Shown: one piece after another, positions 38,851-51,740 of the stretch
Layout of the letters: each line of letters starts with the position of its first letter
Position numbering within the stretch: the stretch's first letter is position 1
Source of the DNA: Octopus sinensis
Lineage: Eukaryota
Assembly: GCF_006345805.1 (NCBI RefSeq)
Contig: NC_043003.1
Coordinates: forward strand, 17,980,001 to 18,044,000
Direction of reading: 5' to 3'
Length of the DNA stretch: 64,000 nt
The notes under the pieces: generated by a model
Database searches by the model: none
What the model was told of the DNA's origin: nothing
Seen by the model: the letters and a program-made list of their open reading frames with translations, nothing else
Program-made: the position numbers and the translations under genes

Positions 38851-39392
38851 GAGTGAGGGAGCAGTGCATGCCATCAAAGTGACACTGGGGTACAATATAC
38901 GAAGCCCAGTATACCCATCATGACTACCCGTCTGATAAGGGTACACTAGGCACATGCATCACAACCATATGTGCGTGACATGGTAATCTCATATCAAGAT
39001 AAACAGCACATGACCTTGCAGGTGGGGCCCAGTCAGAATACTCTTCTGGTCGAGTAACCCATCCCGCACAAAAGGTCCCTGAATAAGGGTTATTTAAGGA
39101 TGGTGAATGGAACATCCATGTTTCCAGAGGTGATTTACTGAAACCCCAAAGAATCCCTCTCAACACATGACTATGATGTCCCCCCACTACTTCTGCTCGT
39201 GGTCAGAGATACATATATCGTCAGCAACTAAGGGACATGGTCAACTGGTTAAGGTCAAACAACTGACAAGCAAATCTGTGGTATTGAGCAGAATATTTGC
39301 TGTAGCCCATCGTTTATACCAAGACAAAACAATGTACATGATAACACTTCCAGATCAGAAGCCGCGAGAGCCACTCTGGTCCTGCATCAGGG

Positions 39393-39393
<1 letters not shown>
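38851..39393. repeat. Unclassified interspersed repeat of about 540 bp (family E), copy 1
   Basis: Collinear with 50017-50551; flanked by (ATT)n; no ORF, TIR or tRNA head recognised. Confidence 0.85.
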
Positions 39394-39442
<49 letters not shown>

Positions 39443-40401
39443 TATTATTATTATTAAGGGGGGGAGCTGGCAAAATTGTTAGCACACTGGACAAAATGCT
39501 TAGCCTTTCATCCTTTCGGGGTCGATTAAATAAGTACCAGTTACGCACTGGGGTCGATGTAATCGACTTAATCCGTTTGTCTGTCCTTGTTTGTCCTCTC
39601 TGTGTTTAGCCCCTTGTGGGTACTAAAGAAATAGGTATTTCGTCCATCTTTACGTTCTGGGTTCAAATTCTGCCGAGGTCGACTTTGCCTTTTATCTTTC
39701 CGTATGTACCATTTAATGAGTGTGGTCGATTTTATAGACTTATCCCCACCCGCCAATTGACTAGCCTTGTACCACATTGAGAAATCAATATTCGTATTGT
39801 TCTAAGGCGGCGTGCAAACGGAATCGTGAGAATTGTAATTGATGTAACCGATTTCCCTCGCCCCCCCCCCCCCCACCCCAACCTTGCTGGCCTTGTCCCA
39901 TAATTTGAAACTGTTTTTTTATGGCCTTGTGCTTTAGTTTGAAACCGTTTATATCCTTGAGTAGAAATAGTAAAAATAAAGCCAAGTATAACTTCTTGTT
40001 AGTTGGATAAAGCCTGACAAAATGCTGTTGCCAGCTCACACAGGATTCAAGAAAGGAAATGGAGAGGGACACTAAACTGAATAAGTTTGATGGGAACGTC
40101 CGTAACAAGTGAGAAGTGAATCTTCCTTTCAGTTCAAAAGACTACCATTTAGAGTCAGTCTTTGTAAAAGGACAATGTAAACTAAAATGCAACAATGCCG
40201 GTCTCTTGAAATAGTCGCTTATATTGTTGAGTCTCTCATGGTAAAACTACGTGTAGCTTCTTTAACCGTCGTCAGTGTGAATACGTGAGTAGTTTGGACA
40301 TGTAGTTTGTACAAAGCATATCTTTGTTGTTCATGAGGAAACAAAATAATAATAGTTGTATACTGTCAATTTAATGTGAAAGTCCCATGAAGGGAATAAT
40401 A

Positions 40402-40812
40402 CTTATTTCTTTATTACCCACAAGGGGCTAAACACAGAGGGGACAAGCAAGAATAGACATAGGTATTAAGTCGATTACATCGACCCCAGTGCGTAACTGG
40501 TACTTAATTTATCGACCCCCGAAAGGATGAAAGGCAAAGTCGACCTCGGCGGAATTTGAACTCACAACGTAACGCAGACGAAATACCTATTTCTTTATTA
40601 CCCACAAGGAGCTAAACACAGAGGGGACAAGCAAGAATAGACATAGGTATTAAGTCGATTACATCGACCCCAGTGCGTAACTGGTACTTAATTTATCGAC
40701 CCCCGAAAGGATGAAAGGCAAAGTCGACCTCGGCGGAATTTGAACTCACAACGTAACGCAGACCAAATACCGCTAAGCATTTCGTCCGGTGTGCTAACGT
40801 TTCCGCCAGCTA
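40402..40812 (-). mobile_element. SINE family A dimer (period 184 bp)
   Basis: Two near-identical units starting ATTTCTTTATTACCC at 40405 and 40589. Confidence 0.9.
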
Positions 40813-41102
40813 TTTAGCCCTACTGCTATTTAGCCCTAGGAAGCAGCAACGCTTCCTGTCGGCTTTGACACATTTCCCTGTGTCTTTAAGTTTGCAAGGG
40901 GGAGATGAGCACCTCCACCCAGCTAAGCCTGCACCCAGAGACTAGTTTCTAGTGAATGTATTTCTCTAGAATTCTTATAGTTAGATAGGCATCTCCAACT
41001 ATCAGGCTATGCTACCCCAGACACATAATTCCCGCCTCAGAAGAGAAATCAAATATCAGGAATATAAAATAAAGACCAATCGTTATTTATTTTCTAACTA
41101 AA

Positions 41103-41104
<2 letters not shown>

Positions 41105-41145
<41 letters not shown>

Positions 41146-41762
41146 CCGTGTGTGTGTGTGCATGTGCGTGTGTGTGTATGTGCATGTGTGTGTGTATGTG
41201 CGCGCGTGTGTGTATGTGCGTGTGTGTGTATGTGCGTGTGTTAGAAGGGAGTAGTAGTCATTTACTTTGATTTCTAAATAGAAGCATATGGGAAATAACA
41301 CTTACTGACCAGAGACAAAAAAATAACTTTGTTACACAGTGTAGTAAATGTTCTATGAAGTGTGCGTGTGTGTGTGTGTATGTGCGCGCGTGTGTGTGTA
41401 TGGGCGTGTGTGCGTGTGTGTGTGTGTGTGTGCATTTGTGTGTATGCGCGTGTGTGTGTGTATGTGCGTGTGTGTGTATGTGCATGTGTGCGTGTGCGCG
41501 TGTGTGTGTACGTGCACGTGCGTGTGTGTGTTTGTGCGTGTGTGTGTGGGTGTATGTGCGCGTGTGTGTGTATGTGCGTGTGTGTGTGTATGTGCGTGTG
41601 TGTGTGTATGTGCGTGTGTGTGTGTATGTGCGTGTGTGTGTGTATTTGCGTGTGTGTGTGTATTTGCGAGTGTGTGTGTATGTGCGTGTGTGTGTGTGCA
41701 TGTGCGTGTGTGTGTGTATGTGCGTGTGTGTGTGTGTATGTGCGTGTGTGTGTGTGTGTGTT
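41105..41762. repeat. Compound (GT)n/(GC)n microsatellite ending about 50 nt upstream of exon 3 (similar tract at 36370-36890)
   Basis: Direct reading. Confidence 0.97.
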
Positions 41763-41811
41763 TACTTACTCATCGTCTACTAAAACAATTTTTCTTCATT
41801 ATTCATTACAG

Positions 41812-42321
41812 ACAGTCAATGCAACCAATATAAGACATATCAGCCACCACATCATTATCATCTACAACAGCAACAACAACAACAACAGCCGCAACAGCGA
41901 CAGCAACATCAGCAACAACACCATCATCATCATCACCAACATCAGCAGCAGCAGCAACAGCAGCAGCAACAGTCACAGCAGCAGCAGCCACGACAACAAC
42001 CATATGTACACGAGTCCTACCCACAACTGTTACTACATAATCAACCGCAACAGCAGCAACAACAACAACAACAAACACAGTTGCAACAACTACCACATCA
42101 ACAACAACTACAACGTCAGCACCAACAGTTAGACGAATTCATACCAAACCATTCCAATACGACGCTTATTAGTTCTGATATGAACCCCTTCTCTTCGTCC
42201 CCGTCGTTGCCATACTACTACCCATCGTCTCAGTTGAAACAAAAGAAGCGCCCGGGAAGGCCAAAAATGAACAATCTTTTCAATGACAAAAATATGAAGA
42301 GTGGAAACTGTAAAAAGCGAG
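41812..42321 (+). CDS. EHF: ETS factor exon 3, polyQ/polyH low-complexity region plus KKRPGRPK basic (AT-hook-like/NLS) motif
   Basis: Acceptor TTACAG at 41811; stop-free frame (H)[20 protein letters not shown]...[11 protein letters not shown]...CKKR; donor G|GTAAGA at 42321/42322. Phase 1 at both ends joins exons 2 and 4 in frame. Confidence 0.88.
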
Positions 42322-42866
42322 GTAAGAATTTCCCTTCTTTTGCTTTGATCTTTAACAGCCAAACAAGACCACCACTCTCAAGAAGCTTTCTCCTACTACG
42401 TGGCATCTTGGACAAGTGCCTTCTACTGCTGCCTCGGGTCAATCAATGCCTTAGGTATGAATTTCACAAATGCAGACTGTGTGTAACCCTGACGTATATA
42501 TATATATATATATTTGAGTAGTTGAATGAATTATCTTGTTATGGATAATTCGGTTAACCGATACCTGGGTAGCAAATTCACATCAGAGAAGACACGTTTG
42601 AAGTTACGTGCTTTCGTGTGGAAATTTGTATGTTTTTTTTAAAATATAAATATATGTGAGAATGGAGTTGAACGACGAATTAACAAAAAACTTTAAGATG
42701 ACTGCTCACACGGAGCCCATAGTGAAAATGAGTGTCTCTTTAAAAAATTCCTTTATAAGGAGTGACGTCAAAATGGTTGGATGTAGAAGAATCTAGAAGG
42801 TTCTAAGGGTTCAAAGGTTCAAACGAAGTAGGAGAAGAGAGGTATAAGAATAGGAAGGTGTTTTTG

Positions 42867-42965
42867 TTCCTTGCTTTTCCTGATGAGAAAGCGGCATAAT
42901 ATACTCCTTATTCCTTCGCAATTAGGAATATGCAGCCTTCGAAACACATGTCGAAAATAAAGGAA
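42867..42965 (+). ncRNA. Type I hammerhead ribozyme motif with intact core
   Basis: Stem I TTTTC 42875-79/GAAAA 42953-57, extended by TTCCTT/AAGGAA. Core CTGATGA 42880-86. Stem II GAAAGCGGCATA/TATGCAGCCTTC (10 of 12 pairs, G10.1-C11.1). GAAA 42941-44; stem III C-ACAT-G; GTC cleavage triplet ending at 42952. Confidence 0.85.
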
Positions 42966-43004
42966 TTTTGTTAATTCGTCGTTCAACTCCATTCTCTCAT
43001 ATAT

Positions 43005-43106
<102 letters not shown>

Positions 43107-43129
43107 TAGATAAACTTAGATATGTTTCG

Positions 43130-43400
43130 ACCAAAGATTGGTCCAGGCCATGTTAACTTAGTAGCACCACCTGATAGGATTATCTAAATCCTGTTTAAGT
43201 CAAGTTTTGTTTATGGTCCATTCAAGTAGTGAGTTCTTGCTGGGTGAGTTGTATCCAATTATGGGTGGCTTATCCGGCATTCCTTGAAGAAATCTATCCA
43301 GACTCCGTTTAAAGTTGATGTGATCCTTTTCCTCTTTGATCTCTTTCGGGATAATGTTAAATAATAATAATATTAAGGAATATGATTGCAAACTTACAGG
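43130..43400 (-). mobile_element. 3' end of the same LINE family as 19075-20130
   Basis: FKRSLDRFLQGMPDKP...GY....NSLLEW. Confidence 0.8.
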
Positions 43401-43730
43401 GAAAAATTCAATTTAGTAATACTAAATCAAATTTCACAATATATAATATATATATATAAATTAGAGAAGAACCACCATGTAGCAATTCAACAATGATATA
43501 TCCTTCAAAGATGAATTCCAAATTAGCGGTTCTATCTTACCTGTAAGTTCCATAACCGATGAAAATGAGCGTAAAGAAACTATAAATATATTTATAACCT
43601 ACGTTTAATGTGTATCTTTACTCTCATTTTCGCCGGCTATGAAACTTACAGGTAAGATAGAACCGCTATTTGGAAATTCATCTTTGAAGGATATATTATT
43701 GTTGAATCGCTACATGGTGGTTCTTCTCTT

Positions 43731-43781
<51 letters not shown>

Positions 43782-43799
43782 ATATATATTATTATTATT

Positions 43800-43945
43800 A
43801 TTATTATTATTATTATCATTATGGCTGCCCCCTCGTTATTGAGTATGGCCATTGCACGAAGCTTAACTGTTACTGGTGCCGTGATCGAATGTGACTTTTT
43901 AGCCCAGCTAAAGATCTACAATGTCTTGTACAGAATTGGCAACTA
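43800..43945 (-). mobile_element. Short RTE-type LINE 3' end with (TAA)n tail
   Basis: CQFCTRHCRSLAGLKSHIRSRH* followed by a short UTR and an (ATA/ATG)n tail. Confidence 0.65.
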
Positions 43946-45261
43946 ACATACATACATACATACATACATACGTACATACATACATACATACATATGTGTG
44001 TGTGTGTGTATGTATGTAAGTATAGGCGCAGCATGGCTGTGTGGTAAGAAGTTTGATTCCCAACCACATGGTTCCGAGTTCAGTCCCACTGCGTGACATC
44101 TTGGGCCAGTATCTTCTACTGTAGCCTCGGGATGACCAAAGTCTTGTAAGTGGATTTCGTAAACGGAAACTGAAAGAATCCCGTCGTATATATGTGCGTG
44201 TGTGGGTGTTTCTGTTTGTCCCCCCCCCCATCGCTTGAGAGCCTATGTTGGAATGTTTACGTCCCCGTAACCTAGCGGTTCGGCAAAAGAGACCGATAGA
44301 ATAAGTACTAGGCTTACAAAGAATAAGTCCTGGATTCGATTTGTTCGACTAAACACGGTACTCCAGCATGGCCGCAGTCAAATGACTCGAAGCAAGTAAA
44401 AGAATAAAATAATACACACACTCAGGAGGTTTGCTGAAAAGTTCCTGCCTTTGGGTAAAGGAAAATACGAGGGGATCAGTTAATTATGATTTTAACCAAC
44501 ATATTCCCCTCTCAGATTCACACACTTATTGCAGTAGTTATTCAATTGTTCTTAGCCCCGTAAAAGAACCCGAAATGCTGGGCTGCCAACTTTCATGATA
44601 CTCTTAAAGTCAGAAACACTTCAGCACCACCACCACCCCTTATATCGTTCACGTCGTAAGACTTCATAAAGTTTCGAGAGAACTCTTTTACTGTTTTTTA
44701 CTTGTTTCAGTCATTTGACCATGGCCATGCTGGAGCACCGCCTTTAGTCGAGCAAATCGACTTATTCTTTGTAAGCCTAGTACTTATTCTATCGATCTCT
44801 TGTACCGAACCACTAAGTTACGGGGACGTAAACTCACCACCATCGGTTTTCAAGCGATGTTGGGGGGACAAACACAAACACATAAACACACATACATATA
44901 TACACATATATATACATATATACGACGGGCTTCTTTCAGTTTCCGTTTACCCACAAGGCTTTGATCAGCCCGAGGCTATAGTAGAAGACACTTGCCCAAG
45001 GTGCAACGCAGTGGGAACGAACACGGAACCATGTGGCTGGTACGCAAGCTACTTACCACACAGCTACTCCTGCGTGAAGTAAATATTTTTTCATCAGTCC
45101 TTTTTGTTTAGGATCTCGAAGCACATAAAGCTATAAATAATACCATGGAACCATTGGGTTGCAAAAATATTTTTTTGGAAAGGAAAAGTCGAAGGCTGCC
45201 CATTGGACTCGAGCCCACAGCCCCAGTTGACATTATAGGCGTACAACCATACATGTCTGTT

Positions 45262-45295
<34 letters not shown>

Positions 45296-45927
45296 GTGTG
45301 TGTGTGTGTGTGTGTGTGTAACCCCCATCGTCTGAACTGCTTGACTACCGGAAATGGTTTGTTTACGTTCCCGTAACTTAGCGGTCCGACAAAAGACACC
45401 GTTAGAATAAGTAGCAGACTTTAATAGTAAATAGGTACTGGAATCGGTTTGTTTCACCAAAAGCCCCTCATGATGGTGCCCCAGTATGGCCGCAGTCCAC
45501 TGACTGAAGCAAGTATAAGATAAAAGACTATATCTCTTCCAGCCCAGTACTTTGGCTGATATTAATTTCCTTGAAGTTTGGTTATTGAAGAATAGAAGTA
45601 TTTTCTGCTACTTTCCCGGTGAGAATCACGTACTTCTCTTTCAAAGACTTAAATACGAAATAATATTTTGCACCAATTTACCTAGATACACGCATACACA
45701 TACCTACACACATATACACATAGTTTTAAGCGGTCGAGGGGTGAATTTCCAACTACACAGCCAAATCAGCGGCTGCGGCATTGTTTTTACCTTCTATGAT
45801 GTACCAAACATAAGATTTATTCAAAATCAACATTGCCACCGAAAGGCTTCGTAATCGTTAAGGAATCATTGAATGAACCTTGAGAGTTCATGAATTGAGG
45901 AGTGTGCCTTAAAAGAAACATTTTTAT

Positions 45928-46238
<311 letters not shown>

Positions 46239-46255
46239 TACATATACGTGAAAAT

Positions 46256-46564
46256 GTGAAGGCGCATGGCTCAGTGGTTAGAGCCTTCGAGCTTACGATC
46301 GTGAGGTTGTGAGCTCGAATCCTGGACCGGGCTGCGTGTTGCTCCATTTCACTCAGCTGTAAAAATGAGTTGCGACGTCACAGGTGCCAAGCTGTATCGG
46401 CCCCTTTGCCTTTCCCTTGGATAACACTGGTGGCTTGAAGAGGGGAGGCCGTTATGCATGGGCTACTGCTGGTCTTCCATAAACAACCTTGCCCGGATTT
46501 GTGCCCGGGAGGGTAACTTTCTAGGTGCAATCCCATGGTCTGCGTCGTGACCGAAGGTGGGTCT
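46256..46564 (+). mobile_element. SINE sharing the family C head and centre but with a different 3' end (also at about 28500-28775)
   Basis: GGCTCAGTGGTTAGAGC...CTCGAATCC head; CACTCAGCTGTA.AAATGAGTTGCGACGTCAC body. Confidence 0.8.
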
Positions 46565-46565
46565 A

Positions 46566-46659
<94 letters not shown>

Positions 46660-47009
46660 TAATTGTTATCGCCATATTAATATGCATTCTTATAGATATA
46701 AGAATAATCGCTGCCGTTGGTCAGCTCCATGAGGTCACCGCCTTAAGATAGCTATTGATACACGATCTGTATCCATTATAACCTTCGAACAAGGGAGGTC
46801 AGCCGCTTCACACTGCCAGATCGTGTATCAATAGCTATCTTAAGGCGGTGGCCTCATGGAGCTGACCAACGGCAGCGATTATTCTTATATCTATAAGAAT
46901 GCCATATTAATACGGCGATAACAATTAATTTCCAGTAAACGCTGCCGTAATCTCTTTTATAGAGACTTAGTAATTTTAATATTTCTATCATATATATATA
47001 TATATATAG

Positions 47010-47130
<121 letters not shown>

Positions 47131-48021
47131 AAGAGAGAGAGAGAGCACCTGGATGACGTGAAACACTTGTCTGTCCGTCGCCTCTTTTCACCAGGAACCT
47201 ATATCAGTCATCACCAGTTGTCTCTATGTTCTAATCAGCGTCGTCATCGCCGCTGACTCACCCGTCAATTCCAAACAACCAACGCCTAGCGGAATTCAAG
47301 AAGTGCTTTAATTTACAAGTCGATTTTTATGGTTCAGGTGTTAATATTAGCCACCCTTTGTGTGAGAATGGGTGTTTACTTCATTCCAATAGAAAATATA
47401 AAGATTTTTCTTTTTTAAGTGGAATATGACTAACAGCTGGTTCCCAGTCGTATTTCCTATGCGCGTCTGTCGTCTTACAGACTACATTTCGGTGAAAGGG
47501 CCACGCCTGTATGGTTCTTGGTCCCCAAGCTTCTCCCGCTGTAAAACCTACCCTAAATTCTAGAGCGGTGGTTCCCAACCTTTTCCCTACCAAGGACCCC
47601 TATTATTTAAATGAGTTTCCCAGACCCCAAGATATTGAAAGGTCTGTCAGCTTAACATGATCACAAACCGCCAGTACTATGTTTGAGGACTCCCAGAGTT
47701 CTGCGGACCGCAAGTTGGCTTTCAATACCTTGTCCGAAACCGAAGATTACCCGTTTCAGTAACCAGCTTAACCCCAGGCTTTTAGGGCATCGTGTTTCTT
47801 GAGTGCATCTGTTGTCTTGTAGTTGACCTCACGCTCGTGTCTTGACCCCACTTCCCACAAGTTTTATTCGATGTAAAACTTGCTCTATATTCCAGAGGCT
47901 TTCAGGATCTTGTCCGAGACCGTAGACTGTTCAGACCAATGATCAGCTTAGCTCCTATATGCATGTATGTATGTATGTATGTATGTATGCATGTATGTAT
48001 GTATTTATGTATGTATGTATG

Positions 48022-48053
<32 letters not shown>

Positions 48054-48815
48054 TGTATGTATGTATGTATGCATGTATGTATGTATGTAAGCACGTATAT
48101 TTCTATTATGCCAATAGAGAAAGAATTGGTTTCTAACCTAGATCCAAGGATCTTTCATTGGAATTTCAACATCAACAACAGGGTATTTTTGTATGTATGT
48201 ATGTATGTATGTATGTATGTATGTATGTATGTATGTATATGCAGATTTGTATGTTTTATGTATGTATCCTCATGCATATAGCTGCATATCTAGACATGCT
48301 CATATATATTTAAATTTTAAACTTCTGGAAAGTTTTACAGATTTTTACAGTTCCAGTTATGGACTGGATCTGTAGTCTTCGAATTAGCTAACTACTTTCT
48401 GGCTTTGAGAAGCCTAATTTCTCAGGATTGGTATTTAGGCAGTGGGTTACATATCCCAATGTCCCAATGCATGTACGTACGTACGTACGTATGTATGTAT
48501 GTATGTATGTATGTATGTATGTATGTATGTATGTTTGTATGTATGTATGTATGTATGTATGTATGTTTGCTTTTATGTTCAGTTATAATAATAACAATTT
48601 TACATTAATCTGAAAGGTTACTCTATACTTTTGTTGAGTACAAATTTATTATTCTGAAACAAAAAAATGTTATTGCCAATGACTTCAACGTTTCGGCCTG
48701 CCAAACCAGTCCGACGATGGCCAAGCTGGCCGAAAATTCGAAGTCACTGTCACTAATGTTCTTGCCGAATATGAAGGAATAATTGTGAGAGATATCAACT
48801 GTCAGGTAGAGTCTA

Positions 48816-49197
48816 GGAGCACTCCGTCGGTTACGACGGCGAGGGTTCCGGTTGATCCGATCAACGGAACAGCTTGCTCGTGATATTAACGTGCAAGTGG
48901 CTGAGCACTCCACAGACACGTGTACCCTTAACGTAGTTCTCGAGGAGATTCAGCGTGACACAGAGTGTGACAAGGCTGGCCCTTTGAAATACAGGTACAA
49001 GAGAAACAGAGAGAAAGAGCGAGAGAAAGTTGTGGTGAAAGAGTACAGCAGGGTTCACCACCACCCCCTACCGGAGCCACGTGGAGCTTTAGGTGTTTTC
49101 GCTCAATAAACACTCACAATGCCCGGTCTGGGAATCGAAACCGCGATCCTCCGACCGCGAGTCCGCTGCCCTAACCACTGGGCCATTGCACCTCCAC
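48816..49197 (-). mobile_element. tRNA-derived SINE family D with a 13-bp TSD (head of another copy at 63944-64000, +)
   Basis: Head GTGGAGGTGCAATGGCCCAGTGGTTAGGGCAGCGG...TTTCGATTCCC; TSD CAGGTAGAGTCTA at 48803-48815 and 49198-49210. Confidence 0.88.
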
Positions 49198-49558
49198 CAG
49201 GTAGAGTCTATACGTAAAACGAGCAGTTGGAGGAGAGCTGTTTGTGGTCGCTCAACCGGATGGAATGAGAACTCAGCTTTCTCCCATATCATACTGTCTT
49301 TTTTTTCAAAAACAAAAAGAGGGTGTGGTGGGTAGATAACTTATTTTTAGATACACAATGCTGAAAAAAAAAGAGAAAAAAGACAGCAGAAGGAAACAAC
49401 ATTCATATACCCAAAATTATTGGTTTGTCACCAAGAACTGTTTTGTGAGAAGAAACGAGAAAGGCGTTGCACGATGAAACTCGTTTAACTAGTTTTATTT
49501 GTATCACTTATATTTTAACTGTATTTTTTTTTTTAATTTAATTATTTGTTTATTTCAG

Positions 49559-49751
49559 TGAAGAATCAGTTACTGTGGGAATTCCTGTATGATGCACTGA
49601 AAAACCCTGGTTACAATCCACGATTCCTAAAATGGGAAAACGAAGTGGAAGGAATCTTTCGATTTGTCCAATCAGAAATGATGGCTAATGTTTGGGGAGA
49701 ACTGAAGAACAATGATAACATGAACTACGAAAAACTCAGCAGAGCTATGAG
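49559..49751 (+). CDS. EHF: ETS factor exon 4, N-terminal part of the ETS DNA-binding domain
   Basis: Translates as (V)KNQLLWEFLYDALKNPGYNPRFLKWENEVEGIFRFVQSEMMANVWGELKNNDNMNYEKLSRAMR, with the three conserved Trp and the YEKLSRAMR recognition helix. Acceptor TTTCAG at 49558; phase-2 donor AG|GT at 49751/49752. Confidence 0.96.
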
Positions 49752-49761
49752 GTGTGTAATG

Positions 49762-49840
<79 letters not shown>

Positions 49841-49877
49841 CATCATCATCATTATTATTATTATTATCATCATTATT

Positions 49878-49942
<65 letters not shown>

Positions 49943-49957
49943 TATTATTATTATTAT

Positions 49958-49992
<35 letters not shown>

Positions 49993-50016
49993 TCATCATC
50001 ATCATCATCATCATCT

Positions 50017-50551
50017 AGTGAGAGAGTAGCGCATGCCATCAAAGTAACACTGGAATAAAATATACGAAACCCAATATACCCATCATGACTACCCGTCTGA
50101 TAAGGGCACACCAAGCAAATGCATCACAACCATATGTGCGTGACATGATGATCTCATATCAAGATAAACAGCGCATGACCTTACAGGTGGGGCCCAGTTA
50201 GAATTTTTTTCAGGTCGAGTAGCCCTTCCTACTCAAAAGGTCTCTGAATAAGGCTTGGTTAAGGATGGTGAATGAAACACCCATATTTCCAGAGGTGAAT
50301 TATTCAAACCACAAAGAATTCCTCTCAACACATGCCTATGATGCTCCCCCACTACTTCTGCTCGTGATCAGAGATACATATATCATCAGCCACTAAGGGA
50401 CATGCTCAACTGGTTAAGGTCAAGCAACTGACAAGCAAATCTGTGGTATTGAGCAGAATATTTGCTGTAAGCCATCTTTTATACCAAGACAAAATATGTA
50501 CGTGATAACACTTCCAATCAGTTAAGATCAGAAGCCATGAGAGTCACTGCC
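50017..50551. repeat. Family E repeat, copy 2
   Basis: See copy 1; preceded by an (ATT)n(ATC)n(AGT)n tract. Confidence 0.85.
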
Positions 50552-50553
50552 AG

Positions 50554-50930
50554 AAGGCGGCGAGCTGGCAGGAACTTTAGCACGCCGTGCGAAATGCTTA
50601 GCCGTATTTCGTCTGCCGCTACGTTCTGAGTTCAAATTCCGCTGAGGTCGACTTTGCCTTTCATCCTTTCGGGGTCGATAAATAAAGTACCAGTTACGCA
50701 CTGGGGTCGATATAGTCGACTTAATCCGTTTGTCTGTCCTTGTTTGTCTTCTCTATGTTTAGCCCCTTGTGGGTAGCAAAGAAATAGGTATTTCGTCTAC
50801 CGCTACGTTCTGAGTTCAAATTCCGCCGAGGTCGACTTTGCCTTTCATCTTTTCGGGGTCGATGAAATAAGTGCCTGTTACGAACTAGGATCGATGTAAT
50901 CGACTTACCCCTCCCCCGAACTTGCTAGTC
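50554..50930 (+). mobile_element. SINE family A dimer
   Basis: Head at 50554; junction AAAGAAATAGGTATTTCGTC at about 50780. Confidence 0.88.
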
Positions 50931-51174
50931 TTGCTATCTACTAAACTATGTATGTAAACACTCACCTATTTATTAGTAATTGGCATAGAAAAATCGTAAA
51001 CAATTGCAGTCGTGAAGGAGCGCCGGTCTTTCATGTACATGGTGTTACATACCGCATGCTGAGCATGGTTTCAAAAAAATGTCGATTTTAATCGTTAAAA
51101 AGAAAATTTCCTTACTGTCAGCGAAGACAGAAGTCACGTGCTTTTCTTCTTCACAGGCTTATTAATTAATTATA

Positions 51175-51740
51175 TTGGGTTGTCCGGAAATTTGTGTCGA
51201 TTTTTAAACGAAAGAAAAAGGTCAATAAATACTTGCCATTACATTTTTAATCAACCAAATATGAACCATTTTGTTGCACAATGTGTCTCCATCTTTCCTT
51301 TAACTTGAAAATACCCTCTTCCCAGAATTGAGGTGGTTTCATGGCAAAGAATTCATCAAGGTATCTTTTTACGTCATCCAAAGAATTGAAATTTTTACCA
51401 TTAAGACTATTCTGCAAAGACCTGAATAAGTGGAAATCCGAAGGAGCAATATCTGGTGAATATGGAGGGGGGGGGTAACACATCCCAGCCGAGCTGCAGC
51501 AATTTTTGTCTGGTTCCCAAAGCATCAAGTGCTGAAAATGAACTTTCTTATCTTCCATTTTAAAGGGTCACAGAATTAACACAGGTTATAGGAACATAAA
51601 CCTTCTTCCACGAAAAGATAGCTTAAACTGTGCTCTAAATGGAGGTGTAGTCAGATCCTAGTTTATGGACTCAACCATGTTCTAAAATAAGTCGAAAGGT
51701 AAGCTACTATAAATCGGCACGAACTTTCCGGACAACCCAA
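51175..51740 (-). mobile_element. Internally deleted mariner element with both TIRs and TA target-site duplications
   Basis: TIRs TTGGGTTGTCCGGAAA.TT.GTG.CGATTT at both ends; TA at 51173-74 and 51741-42; internal YSPDIAPSDFHLFRSLQ motif. Confidence 0.92.

Noticed and set aside
46256-46330. tRNA genes at SINE heads (also 4576, 22260-22335, 49125-49197, 63944)
   Set aside because: A and B boxes are present, but no complete cloverleaf or acceptor stem is evident and each continues into a repeated SINE body.
49752-50058. Continuation of the ETS ORF into poly-I/L/S
   Set aside because: Read-through into intron 4 microsatellite; the true continuation is the exon at 53059.
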